Shown piece by piece: positions 31,972 to 40,015 of a stretch of 42,634 bases of DNA (its first letter is position 1; the number at the start of each line of letters is the position of its first letter). The DNA lies in the NCBI GenBank assembly GCA_964457305.1, contig CAYWEH010000003.1:13908-56541 (forward strand). The letters run 5' to 3'. Source of the stretch: an uncultured Gammaproteobacteria bacterium (GTDB lineage Bacteria > Patescibacteriota > Patescibacteriia > SBBC01 > JACPUP01). Made by a program: the position numbers and the translations under genes. Under the pieces are notes generated by a model. The model made no database searches. It had not been told where the DNA came from and was given only the letters and a program-made list of their open reading frames with translations.

Positions 31972-32259
31972 ATGAACCAACCACAGCAACTTCAACTAAA
32001 GGCAGACGACGCAACCCTGCGCGGCGCGTACGCGAACATGATGCAGGTCCAGCACACCAAGGAAGAGTTTGTCCTGGACTTCATGAACATCCTGCCGCCG
32101 CAAGGCTTGTTGGTCTCCCGCGTGGTCACCAGTCCCGGCCACTTCAAGCGCATTGTCGCGGCTTTTCAAGACAACCTGAAACGCTACGAGGCGCAGTTTG
32201 GGAAGATCGCCGAAGCGTCTTCGCCTTCGGGTGATGTCGGATTTGCGCCCCGCGCCTAA
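31972..32259 (+). CDS. DUF3467-family protein
   Basis: GAYANMMQVQHTKEEFVLDFMNILPP...VVTSPGHFKRIVAAFQDNLKRYEAQFGKI matches the DUF3467 pattern. Confidence 0.75.
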   Translation: MNQPQQLQLKADDATLRGAYANMMQVQHTKEEFVLDFMNILPPQGLLVSRVVTSPGHFKRIVAAFQDNLKRYEAQFGKIAEASSPSGDVGFAPRA

Positions 32260-32306
32260 GCCAGTGATGGTTTTCGGCAGCAAAGGACTCCGCTATACTC
32301 ACTCGT

Positions 32307-33290
32307 ATGGTTGAACCAACCGGCACGCTACAGCCGAGTCATGTCCGCGTGCAACATGCGCACCCGGCCGTGCGCTTCATCGTCGTTCTGACGCCGTTGG
32401 TCTTCTCCATCCTCACCTGGACGCTTCTCGGTTCGCTGTTCGTGACCGAACAACGCAACGGCAGCCGGGGCGACCTGTACGCCTTCATCGGCCTGGCCGT
32501 GGTCGCGTTCGTTTTTTGGCTGGCGACGTACGCGGTCGCCGTGCTCGTGGATACGCATCCGCACGACCACCTCTTTCTCATTGCGGCCATGACGGTCACG
32601 GTCGTCTTCAGCGGGTTTTCGACCTTGACGTTTGCGGTCATGGCGCTGGTCGCGGGCAGTCTGTTCCTCTACCGCCGCGGCATTGTGCGTGAGCTCCACG
32701 AGCGCCTTCGCTTTTCTCCGCCCAAGGTCATACGAGCGTCGCTCGGGTGGACGCTGACGCTGTTGTTCCTCGCCGTTTCCCTGCAGAGCCTCTACGCGGC
32801 CACGCCGCTCCAAGCGCCCCGCCTGCTCGTCGAGAACTTCCTGGACGGCATGGTGCAGGTCTCGGAGCGGGTGGCGCCGCGCGTCATTCCGGGCTACGAG
32901 CGGAATAAAACGCTTGACCGCTACTACGCGGAGCGCCTCGGGACTGAAGCAACGGCCTTCGTCGATGAAGCGGTCCAGGCCGAGCCGGTCAGCCGGGCCC
33001 GGCAGCAACTAGCGGACTACCTGCGTCTGCCACTGACCGGCCGCGAGACCATGAGCGAAATCGTCCGCCTGGTGGTGAATGACCGGGTCAAGCCGACGGT
33101 GCTCGACAATATCTCAGTGTTTCTTCCGGTATTAGTTTTGGCGCTGTTTCTCTTGCTCAAACTCTTCAGCCCGTTGCTCTGGGCGGCGGTGCTCGGCGTG
33201 GCCACCGGGCTCTTCCACCTGTACCAGCGCTTCGGTGTCGTGCGGGTGACGCGCGAGACGATGCACGTCGATCGGCTCCACGTGACGTAA
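32307..33290 (+). CDS. Polytopic membrane protein, unknown function
   Basis: 327 aa with about 6 hydrophobic helices flanking a soluble central segment. It lies between DUF3467 and dnaJ. Confidence 0.6.
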   Translation: MVEPTGTLQPSHVRVQHAHPAVRFIVVLTPLVFSILTWTLLGSLFVTEQRNGSRGDLYAFIGLAVVAFVFWLATYAVAVLVDTHPHDHLFLIAAMTVTVVFSGFSTLTFAVMALVAGSLFLYRRGIVRELHERLRFSPPKVIRASLGWTLTLLFLAVSLQSLYAATPLQAPRLLVENFLDGMVQVSERVAPRVIPGYERNKTLDRYYAERLGTEATAFVDEAVQAEPVSRARQQLADYLRLPLTGRETMSEIVRLVVNDRVKPTVLDNISVFLPVLVLALFLLLKLFSPLLWAAVLGVATGLFHLYQRFGVVRVTRETMHVDRLHVT

Positions 33291-33292
33291 GT

Positions 33293-34408
33293 ATGGCCAA
33301 GGATTACTACGACATCCTCGGCCTGCCGCGCGACGCGTCCAACGATGACATCCGCAAGGCCTTTCGCAAACTGGCCCACCAGTACCACCCGGACAAGGGC
33401 AGCGGCGATGAGGCGAAGTTCAAAGAGATCAACGAGGCGTACCAAATCTTGAGCGACACGACCAAGCGCGCGCAGTACGATCGCTTTGGCCAGACGTTCA
33501 ATGCCGGCGGCGCGCCCGGGGCTGGAGGATTCGGCGGTGCATCGTGGGAAGATATTTTCCGACAGCAAGGCTCGCCATTTGGCGGCCAGGGTGCGACCGG
33601 GTTTGGCAACGTCGGTGACCTAGGCGACATCTTCGGCGACCTGTTCGGCTTTGGCGGCGGCGGACGACCGCGGCGCCAAGAGCAGGCTGGCCGGTCATAC
33701 GAGATGGTGTTGACCATCGATTTCTCCGAAGCGGTGTTCGGCGCGGGCAAAACGCTTTCGATCGACGCGTTCGACCGCTGTGCCACCTGTTCTGGAAATG
33801 GTCGAGAACCCGGGACGAAACTGAAGCAGTGCAGCACCTGCCGCGGTTCGGGCGAGGTCGTGCAGGTTCGCAGCACCTTGCTCGGGCAGTTCCAGACCGC
33901 CGCCGTCTGTCCGACCTGCCACGGCGAAGGGCAGACCGCCGAGAAGAAGTGTCACACCTGCCACGGCGAAGGGCGCCGGCGCCGATTGAAAACGTTGGAC
34001 GTGCACATTCCGGCGGGCATTGACGACGGACAAACGCTCCGCCTGGAAGGCCAGGGCGATGCCGGACAGCGCGGCGGCCGGCCCGGAGACGTCCTCCTGA
34101 CGATCCGCGTCCGGCCAGACCCCGAGCTGAAGCGTGACGGGGAGGACATCGTTACCCGCCTGAAACTGACCCCGGCCCAAGCCGCGCTCGGGACAGAGAA
34201 GGATGTTCGGACTGTTGACGGCGCGGTCAGCGTGAAAGTCCCGCCCGGCAGCCAGCCCGGCAAGATTTTGCGTCTCAAGAATAAAGGCGTCCCATTCCTG
34301 CACGGCCGCGGCCGCGGCGATCACTTGGTTGAGCTCATCGTCGAGATACCGGAAAAGCTCACGAAACGCCAGCGGCAGTTCTACGTAGACTTGCAGCGCG
34401 AAGAGTAA
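33293..34408 (+). CDS. dnaJ: Co-chaperone DnaJ (type I)
   Basis: J-domain with HPD, a G/F region, and four CxxCxGxG repeats (CATCSGNG, CSTCRGSG, CPTCHGEG, CHTCHGEG). Confidence 0.95.
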   Translation: MAKDYYDILGLPRDASNDDIRKAFRKLAHQYHPDKGSGDEAKFKEINEAYQILSDTTKRAQYDRFGQTFNAGGAPGAGGFGGASWEDIFRQQGSPFGGQGATGFGNVGDLGDIFGDLFGFGGGGRPRRQEQAGRSYEMVLTIDFSEAVFGAGKTLSIDAFDRCATCSGNGREPGTKLKQCSTCRGSGEVVQVRSTLLGQFQTAAVCPTCHGEGQTAEKKCHTCHGEGRRRRLKTLDVHIPAGIDDGQTLRLEGQGDAGQRGGRPGDVLLTIRVRPDPELKRDGEDIVTRLKLTPAQAALGTEKDVRTVDGAVSVKVPPGSQPGKILRLKNKGVPFLHGRGRGDHLVELIVEIPEKLTKRQRQFYVDLQREE

Positions 34409-34413
34409 CCAGC

Positions 34414-34442
34414 TTGTTGCGGAGGCGATTTTGTGCTATACT
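34414..34442 (+). promoter_or_regulatory. Putative promoter
   Basis: TTGTTG (34414-34419), a 17-nt spacer, then TATACT (34437-34442). Confidence 0.5.
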
Positions 34443-34465
34443 AGCAGGGTAAGACAAATACCCCC

Positions 34466-35029
34466 ATGCCAGAGGCTACCACTACGGTGCAATCCTACGT
34501 CGCGAACGTGAATTGGGCCCAACCGACCTGGGATTTGTTCATCATCCTGTTTTTCGTTATCGCCGGCTTCCTGTATGGGCTTTCGCTCGGGCGCGACCGG
34601 ATCATCGTCATCCTCGTTTCCATCTACATGTCGTTGGCCGTGGTGAATTCGGCTCCGTACTTGTCACGTGGGGCAACGGAAGTTGGCATTGGCTCGTTTT
34701 TTGTCATGAAGGTCTCGGCCTTCATCATCCTCTTCATTTCCCTGTTTTTCTTGCTGTCTCGGTCGGCGTTGTTGTCAACCATTGCTTCGTCCGACGCCCA
34801 TGGCGCCTGGTGGCAGGTCCTTCTTTTCTCATTCCTCCACGTTGGTTTGCTGACGGCGATAACGCTGTCATTCCTGCCGACGTCTTCGCTCAATACCCTG
34901 GCGCCGCTCACCCGTTCCTTGTTCAGCGGGAACACCGCCCTTTTCCTTTGGATTATTGCCCCGATTCTCGCCATGGTCCTCATCAAAGGTGGGGTGAACG
35001 AGAAGCGGAAATATAAGTACGACATTTAA
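34466..35029 (+). CDS. Polytopic membrane protein, unknown function
   Basis: 187 aa with about 5 TM helices. This frame is clearly preferable to the overlapping ORF 34513..35016. Confidence 0.65.
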   Translation: MPEATTTVQSYVANVNWAQPTWDLFIILFFVIAGFLYGLSLGRDRIIVILVSIYMSLAVVNSAPYLSRGATEVGIGSFFVMKVSAFIILFISLFFLLSRSALLSTIASSDAHGAWWQVLLFSFLHVGLLTAITLSFLPTSSLNTLAPLTRSLFSGNTALFLWIIAPILAMVLIKGGVNEKRKYKYDI

Positions 35030-36276
35030 TGATCAATGAAAGGAGTATTACCACTATGACACGAAACAAATTCGTGCTGGTTGGCGCTTTCATCGCCGTC
35101 GTCGTCTTTGGGAGTCTGGCCATGGTGACGATGTCACTGGCCTACGGTAACGAAAATGCGAATAGCAATCTGAATGCGAACGCGAATGCCAACTCGAACC
35201 TGAATACGAACGGCAATACCAACACCAGCGTCGGCGCTGATAGTTGGCGCGGTATCTTGACCGCCATGAGCGGCCCGACGCTGCCAGCCACGCTCACCCT
35301 GCAGGTTGAGGCGACTGCGTATACGGTCAACGTGACTTCGTCGACGCGGATCGTCCGCAAGTACCAAGGGCCGTCTTCGCTCGAAGAGTTTGTCGTTGGC
35401 GACGACCTCCGCGTCTGGGGGACGCTGACCGGCACCACCATCGACGCGACCAAGTTGAAGAATTATTCTATCCAGCGGGTCGGGGGCACGTTCTGGGGCA
35501 CCATCCTCTCGATTGACAGCGCTGCCTCGACGTTTGTCCTTGATGCTCGGGGTCGCGATGATCAGACAGTCGTCGTTCGGAGTACGACAAAAATTTTCCA
35601 GGGCAATCGCGCCGGGGTTTTTGCAGACCTCTCAACCGGCCAAACCGTCCGCGTTATCGGTGTCTGGCGAAAGAGCGCGAAGCAAGTTCTGGCCGACCGC
35701 ATCCTCATCAAGCTCACGTCTCTGAACGGCACGATCGGCAGCGTCGACTGCACCGCTCGGACATTTACCCTGAACGTCAAGGGCGGGAAGTTTGAAGAGT
35801 CCTCGCTGGTGAAGAGATTGACCGGCGGCACGACCAAGATATGGACCGTGACCATGACCGATGCCACGGTGCTCCGCGACAAAGAACTTGACCCGATCAC
35901 GTGCGCGGACCTGAAGGCCAACCACAAAGCGCACGTCCGCGGTTTGCGCACGTCTGCGTCCACGCTGAACGCCCTCCAGGTCATTGACCAGGGCGTAAAG
36001 AAAACCCCGAAAACCATTACCGGCGTGGTTTCCGAGCTCGATGCGACCGCGAAGACCTTCGTCGTGACGAAGTCAAAGGCTAAGACGTACGGGAGTACGA
36101 CCTATACGGTGGGTACGACCGCTGAGACGATTATCGTCAACAGCCAGGGGACCCTCATCACCTTCGGCGATCTGGCGAACGGCCACCGCGTGTCCGTCCT
36201 CGGGTCGCTCTCCGACGATCAGTTCACGGCCAACCTCATCATCGACAGAGACCTGCCCGGCGAGGATAACGACTAG
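35029..36276 (+). CDS. Secreted or anchored protein with four DUF5666-like beta-barrel repeats
   Basis: It has a signal anchor and an Asn-rich low-complexity linker (NENANSNLNANANANSNLNTNGNTNTS). Modules of the form G.I.S.D....F.L....V.....T.I......F.DL..G..V.V.G repeat after that. An alternative start is at 35056, after an AAAGGAG. Confidence 0.7.
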   Translation: MINERSITTMTRNKFVLVGAFIAVVVFGSLAMVTMSLAYGNENANSNLNANANANSNLNTNGNTNTSVGADSWRGILTAMSGPTLPATLTLQVEATAYTVNVTSSTRIVRKYQGPSSLEEFVVGDDLRVWGTLTGTTIDATKLKNYSIQRVGGTFWGTILSIDSAASTFVLDARGRDDQTVVVRSTTKIFQGNRAGVFADLSTGQTVRVIGVWRKSAKQVLADRILIKLTSLNGTIGSVDCTARTFTLNVKGGKFEESSLVKRLTGGTTKIWTVTMTDATVLRDKELDPITCADLKANHKAHVRGLRTSASTLNALQVIDQGVKKTPKTITGVVSELDATAKTFVVTKSKAKTYGSTTYTVGTTAETIIVNSQGTLITFGDLANGHRVSVLGSLSDDQFTANLIIDRDLPGEDND

Positions 36277-36364
36277 TCCTTGTCGGTCGGACGCCCGGCA
36301 GTGCTTCAATGCTTCTGCCGAGTCAGGAACGTCTATCCTTTAGTCTTAACCCTTCATCCACAGC

Positions 36365-37468
36365 ATGACCATTTCCCTCACCTCTACCCGTCCTGTCCGG
36401 TACGCGCTGGCGCTCGTGGTCGTACTCGGCTTGGTCGGTGCTCCGTTGGCAACCTGGGCCGTTGACGATCCGACGTCGACTTCCTGGCGCGGTGCGCTGA
36501 CCGCGTTCAGCGGACCGACCTTCCCGGCCACTCTGCAGCTCTACGTTGGCACGAAGGCCTACCTCGTCCGGATCGCGAACACCACGACGCTTGCTCGCCA
36601 GTCCAGGGTGTACTCGGCGCTCGATGAGTTCGGCCTGGGCGACGATCTTGAGGTTTGGGGAACGCTCGCCGGTACGACCATCACCGCGACCCAGGTCAAG
36701 AACTGGTCGCTCCGGCGCGGCCCGTTCTTCCGCGGCACGATCGAGAGCATTGATCCGGCCGCCCAGACCTTTGTGCTGAACCCCGTCAACCCGCCTAAGC
36801 AGAATCTGCCGAACCAGACGGTCACGACCACCGCTGCCACGACGATCTTCCAGGGGAATCGGGCCGGTGCCTTCGGCGACCTGGGGGTTGGCATGACGGT
36901 CAAGGTCCTGGGCGAGCGGCCGAAGGGCCAGGACACGATCGCCGCTGATCGGGTGCTCATCCGCGTGACGATGCTCGAGGGGCGGCTCACGTCGGTGGAC
37001 TGCGCCGGCGGTAACTTGGACGTGTCGGTCAAGAGTCGCGGAGAACTGGCCGCCTGGACAGTCGCCCTGACAGCGGACACCGTGCTCCGCGACCGAGGCC
37101 TCGATCCAGTAGGTTGCACCTCGCTCAACAGCGGCGACCGCGTGGGGGTCCGCGGCTTGAGGACCGGCGCCAACGCCCTCCGCGCCCTCCAGGTCATGGA
37201 CAAGCGGATCGACGCGCAGTCGTACCTGTTCCCAGGCTCCATTGCGAGCCTCGACCCGGCCGCTTCAACGCTGGTGCTCGATCGCACGTCCGCCGGTAAG
37301 GCGGCGCTGACGATCAGCTTGACTCCAGAGACAGTCCTCATCAATAAGCGTGGCCGAGCCATCCTGTTCGAAGACCTGGTGGTCGGGCACGCCGTCCAGG
37401 TCCGCGCGGTCACGACCAGCAGCACGACGGCCAGCGCGATCTACGTCCTCGATCAAGACCTGTCGTAA
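36365..37468 (+). CDS. Secreted protein with DUF5666-like repeats (paralog of 35029..36276)
   Basis: It has a signal peptide. WRGALTAFSGPTFPATLQL is collinear with WRGILTAMSGPTLPATLTL of the upstream paralog, and the four-module layout is the same. Confidence 0.7.
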   Translation: MTISLTSTRPVRYALALVVVLGLVGAPLATWAVDDPTSTSWRGALTAFSGPTFPATLQLYVGTKAYLVRIANTTTLARQSRVYSALDEFGLGDDLEVWGTLAGTTITATQVKNWSLRRGPFFRGTIESIDPAAQTFVLNPVNPPKQNLPNQTVTTTAATTIFQGNRAGAFGDLGVGMTVKVLGERPKGQDTIAADRVLIRVTMLEGRLTSVDCAGGNLDVSVKSRGELAAWTVALTADTVLRDRGLDPVGCTSLNSGDRVGVRGLRTGANALRALQVMDKRIDAQSYLFPGSIASLDPAASTLVLDRTSAGKAALTISLTPETVLINKRGRAILFEDLVVGHAVQVRAVTTSSTTASAIYVLDQDLS

Positions 37469-37515
37469 ACGGCCGCCGGGCGTCAGCCCCCGGCTGCTTT
37501 GTTCAGAGCCCTAGA

Positions 37516-37540
37516 ACGGGGCAGCGTCGCCCCGTTTTTG
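37516..37540 (+). terminator. Rho-independent terminator between convergent genes
   Basis: ACGGGGC-AGCGTC-GCCCCGT followed by TTTTT. Confidence 0.7.
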
Positions 37541-37541
37541 G

Positions 37542-38528
37542 CTACGCGCTGACGGAGACTTCAGCCAGCGCCTGCCGGACATCATCGAGCGTGGCCGCTC
37601 GCACCAGCTGCGCGCGCAGAGTCGCCGCCCGCGGTTGACCGGTCGCATAGTGCGCCAGGTGTTTCCGGAGTTCAATCAGCCCGCGTTCGCCCTTGGCGGC
37701 CAGCGCCAGCCGAGCGTGCCGCTCGGCCAACGCCCGGATCTCCGGCCAGGACGGCTCCGGGACGTCTCGGCCGTTCAATCGCGCCCGAATCTGTCGGAAT
37801 AGCCACGGTCGACCCAGCGCCCCGCGCGCCAGGCCAATGCCGTCCGCGCCGGTCGCTGCCAGAAGGTGTTGCGCATCCTCGGGCGTTTGGATGCCACCGT
37901 TGGCGATCACGAGGCCGGGAAAGCGCTGCTTGACCGCGCGGATCATGTCTGCATCTACGCCTCCGGAAAATCCCTGCTCGAAACTCCGGCCGTGGATCAT
38001 GACAGTCGTTATGGGGAGATCGCGAATCGCCTCGACGAGGTCCAGGGCCGTGGCGCGGTCAGCGCCGGGCGCCACGTCCGGCCGCTCCTTCCGGATGCTG
38101 GCGCGGACCTTGATCGAGAGGGGGATGGTCAGGACGTCGAGGACAGACACAATCAACTGCCGAGCGTACTGGGGATCGCGCAGGAGCGCCACGCCGGCGC
38201 CCGAGCCCATGACCTTCCGCGCCGGGCAGCCGAAATTCAGGTCGAGACCGGCGAAGCCGCGGCGCTCGATCGCCTTCGCCGCCGTCACGAAGGCCGCCGG
38301 ATCGCGACCGAAGATCTGGGCCACCACCGGCTGCTCGGCCGGATCGAACCGCAGCTTGTCGAGCGCCGTTCGCCCAGCGTGGGCAATTGCGTCGGACGAC
38401 ACGAACTCCGTGTAGACGACGTCCGCCCCGCCCTCGCGCGCCAAACGCCGAAAGACCGTATCCGTGTAGCCCTCCATGGGCGCCAGGGCGAGGATGGGTT
38501 TTGGCAAGGCAGCCCAAAAATTCCGCAT
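37542..38528 (-). CDS. dus: tRNA-dihydrouridine synthase
   Basis: LAPMEGYTDTVFRRL and LNFGCPARKV (catalytic Cys), with a TIM-barrel pattern. Confidence 0.85.
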   Translation of the reverse strand: MRNFWAALPKPILALAPMEGYTDTVFRRLAREGGADVVYTEFVSSDAIAHAGRTALDKLRFDPAEQPVVAQIFGRDPAAFVTAAKAIERRGFAGLDLNFGCPARKVMGSGAGVALLRDPQYARQLIVSVLDVLTIPLSIKVRASIRKERPDVAPGADRATALDLVEAIRDLPITTVMIHGRSFEQGFSGGVDADMIRAVKQRFPGLVIANGGIQTPEDAQHLLAATGADGIGLARGALGRPWLFRQIRARLNGRDVPEPSWPEIRALAERHARLALAAKGERGLIELRKHLAHYATGQPRAATLRAQLVRAATLDDVRQALAEVSVSA

Positions 38529-38567
38529 ACGGAGAGAGCCTAGCAGAAGTGGGGGATGACGGGAAGG

Positions 38568-39971
38568 TTAGCGGAGCGGCGCAATGACCGGACCGCTGTC
38601 GCTGTCCTCTAGCCGGAAGCCGGCCGGGGCGAGTTTCGCGTCAATTTCGCCGCGCAGTCGGTCGGCGTCAGTAAACGTCCGTTTAGCCCGATGGGTCTCT
38701 CGCTCATCAATCAGCGGTTGGACCTCGGCCAAAAGTTTGGACGGGACGGCGATGGGCGGAAGGCGATCGAGTCCGAGTCCCAGCACGCGCTCGAAACTGG
38801 CGAGGGTCTGTTTTTTCGCCTCGTCCGGATACTGGGAGCGCAGCAGGGCATGAAGGACCGCGAGTGCCTGCGGGGTGTTGAGGTCGTCGTTGACGGCGGC
38901 GCGGAATTGCTGCTCGAATTCGGCGCAGCCGATTTTCGCCTGGCCCTTGAGCAGGCCGATCCGGAGTTTCAGGTTGCGGAGCCCCTTCGCCGCTGCTTCG
39001 AGCGAGTCCCACGAGAAGTTTAAGGGGGAGCGATAGTGGCCTTGGAGCAGAAAATAGCGGTAGGCGAGCGGGTCAATGTTTCTTGCCGTGAGTTCAGACA
39101 AGGTGAGCGCATTGCCTTCGGACTTACCCATGCGGGTTGCGTTCACGACCAGGAACTCGTTATGGAGCCAAAAATTTACGAACGGGTGCTTGCCGGTGGC
39201 CGCTTCCGATTGGGCGATCTCGTTCGTGTGGTGGACCGGGATGTGATCGATGCCGCCGGTGTGGATGTCGAACTGCTCGCCCAGCGCCTTCATACTCATG
39301 GCGGAACACTCGATGTGCCACCCGGGAAAACCCTCGCCCCACGGGCTGGGCCAGTGCATGGTGTGGTCTTGGAACTTGCCGACGCGTTTGAACCAGAGGG
39401 CGAAGTCGGCCGAGTTCCGTTTGTCCGAATCGGTCACAACATCTTCACGGCTGCCGACGAACTTTTCATCGAGCGCTTGGCCAGCGAAGTCGGCGTAGGT
39501 TGGGAACTTCGTCACGTCGAAATAGACCGCCTGGTCGGTCTCGTAGGTGACCCCCTTTGCCACCAGCCGTTCAATGAGCGCTATCTGGTCCGGCACGTAC
39601 TCGGTTGCGTGCATCCATTGGTCCGGGGCAATGATGTTGAGGGTGTTGAGCGCTTCTTTGAATTCAGCCGTGTATTTGGCGGCGATGTCCCAGACCGTTT
39701 GCCCTTCGCCCGCTGCGCTCTGTTCGAATTTATCTTCGCCTCGGGAATTGAGGTGCCCGACATCGGTGATGTTCATGACGTGTTTGACTGTCAGGCCATT
39801 GAGCCGGAGGGTCCGCTTCAGTATATCGGCAAAGATGTACGCACGGTAGTTGCCGAGTTGGGGAGACGAGTAGACCGTCGGGCCGCACGTGTACAGACCA
39901 ACTTTCCCTGGTTCGCGCGGGAGAAATTCCTCGACCGAGCGCGAGAGCGTATTGAAAAGACGGAGCGTCAT
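38568..39971 (-). CDS. cysS: Cysteinyl-tRNA synthetase
   Basis: CGPTVY...NITDVGHL...GWHIECSAM...RMGKSEGN. QLGN stands in place of the HIGH/HIGN signature. Confidence 0.9.
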   Translation of the reverse strand: MTLRLFNTLSRSVEEFLPREPGKVGLYTCGPTVYSSPQLGNYRAYIFADILKRTLRLNGLTVKHVMNITDVGHLNSRGEDKFEQSAAGEGQTVWDIAAKYTAEFKEALNTLNIIAPDQWMHATEYVPDQIALIERLVAKGVTYETDQAVYFDVTKFPTYADFAGQALDEKFVGSREDVVTDSDKRNSADFALWFKRVGKFQDHTMHWPSPWGEGFPGWHIECSAMSMKALGEQFDIHTGGIDHIPVHHTNEIAQSEAATGKHPFVNFWLHNEFLVVNATRMGKSEGNALTLSELTARNIDPLAYRYFLLQGHYRSPLNFSWDSLEAAAKGLRNLKLRIGLLKGQAKIGCAEFEQQFRAAVNDDLNTPQALAVLHALLRSQYPDEAKKQTLASFERVLGLGLDRLPPIAVPSKLLAEVQPLIDERETHRAKRTFTDADRLRGEIDAKLAPAGFRLEDSDSGPVIAPLR

Positions 39972-40015
39972 GCGTCCTCATTCTACCAGGGATGGGTTGT
40001 TCGAGGCAAAAAACC

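Noticed and set aside
34513-35016. 167-aa ORF overlapping the 34466..35029 gene in another frame.
   Set aside because: The 34466 frame gives a coherent multi-helix membrane protein behind a good promoter. The alternative frame is R/P/G-rich and is a shadow of it.
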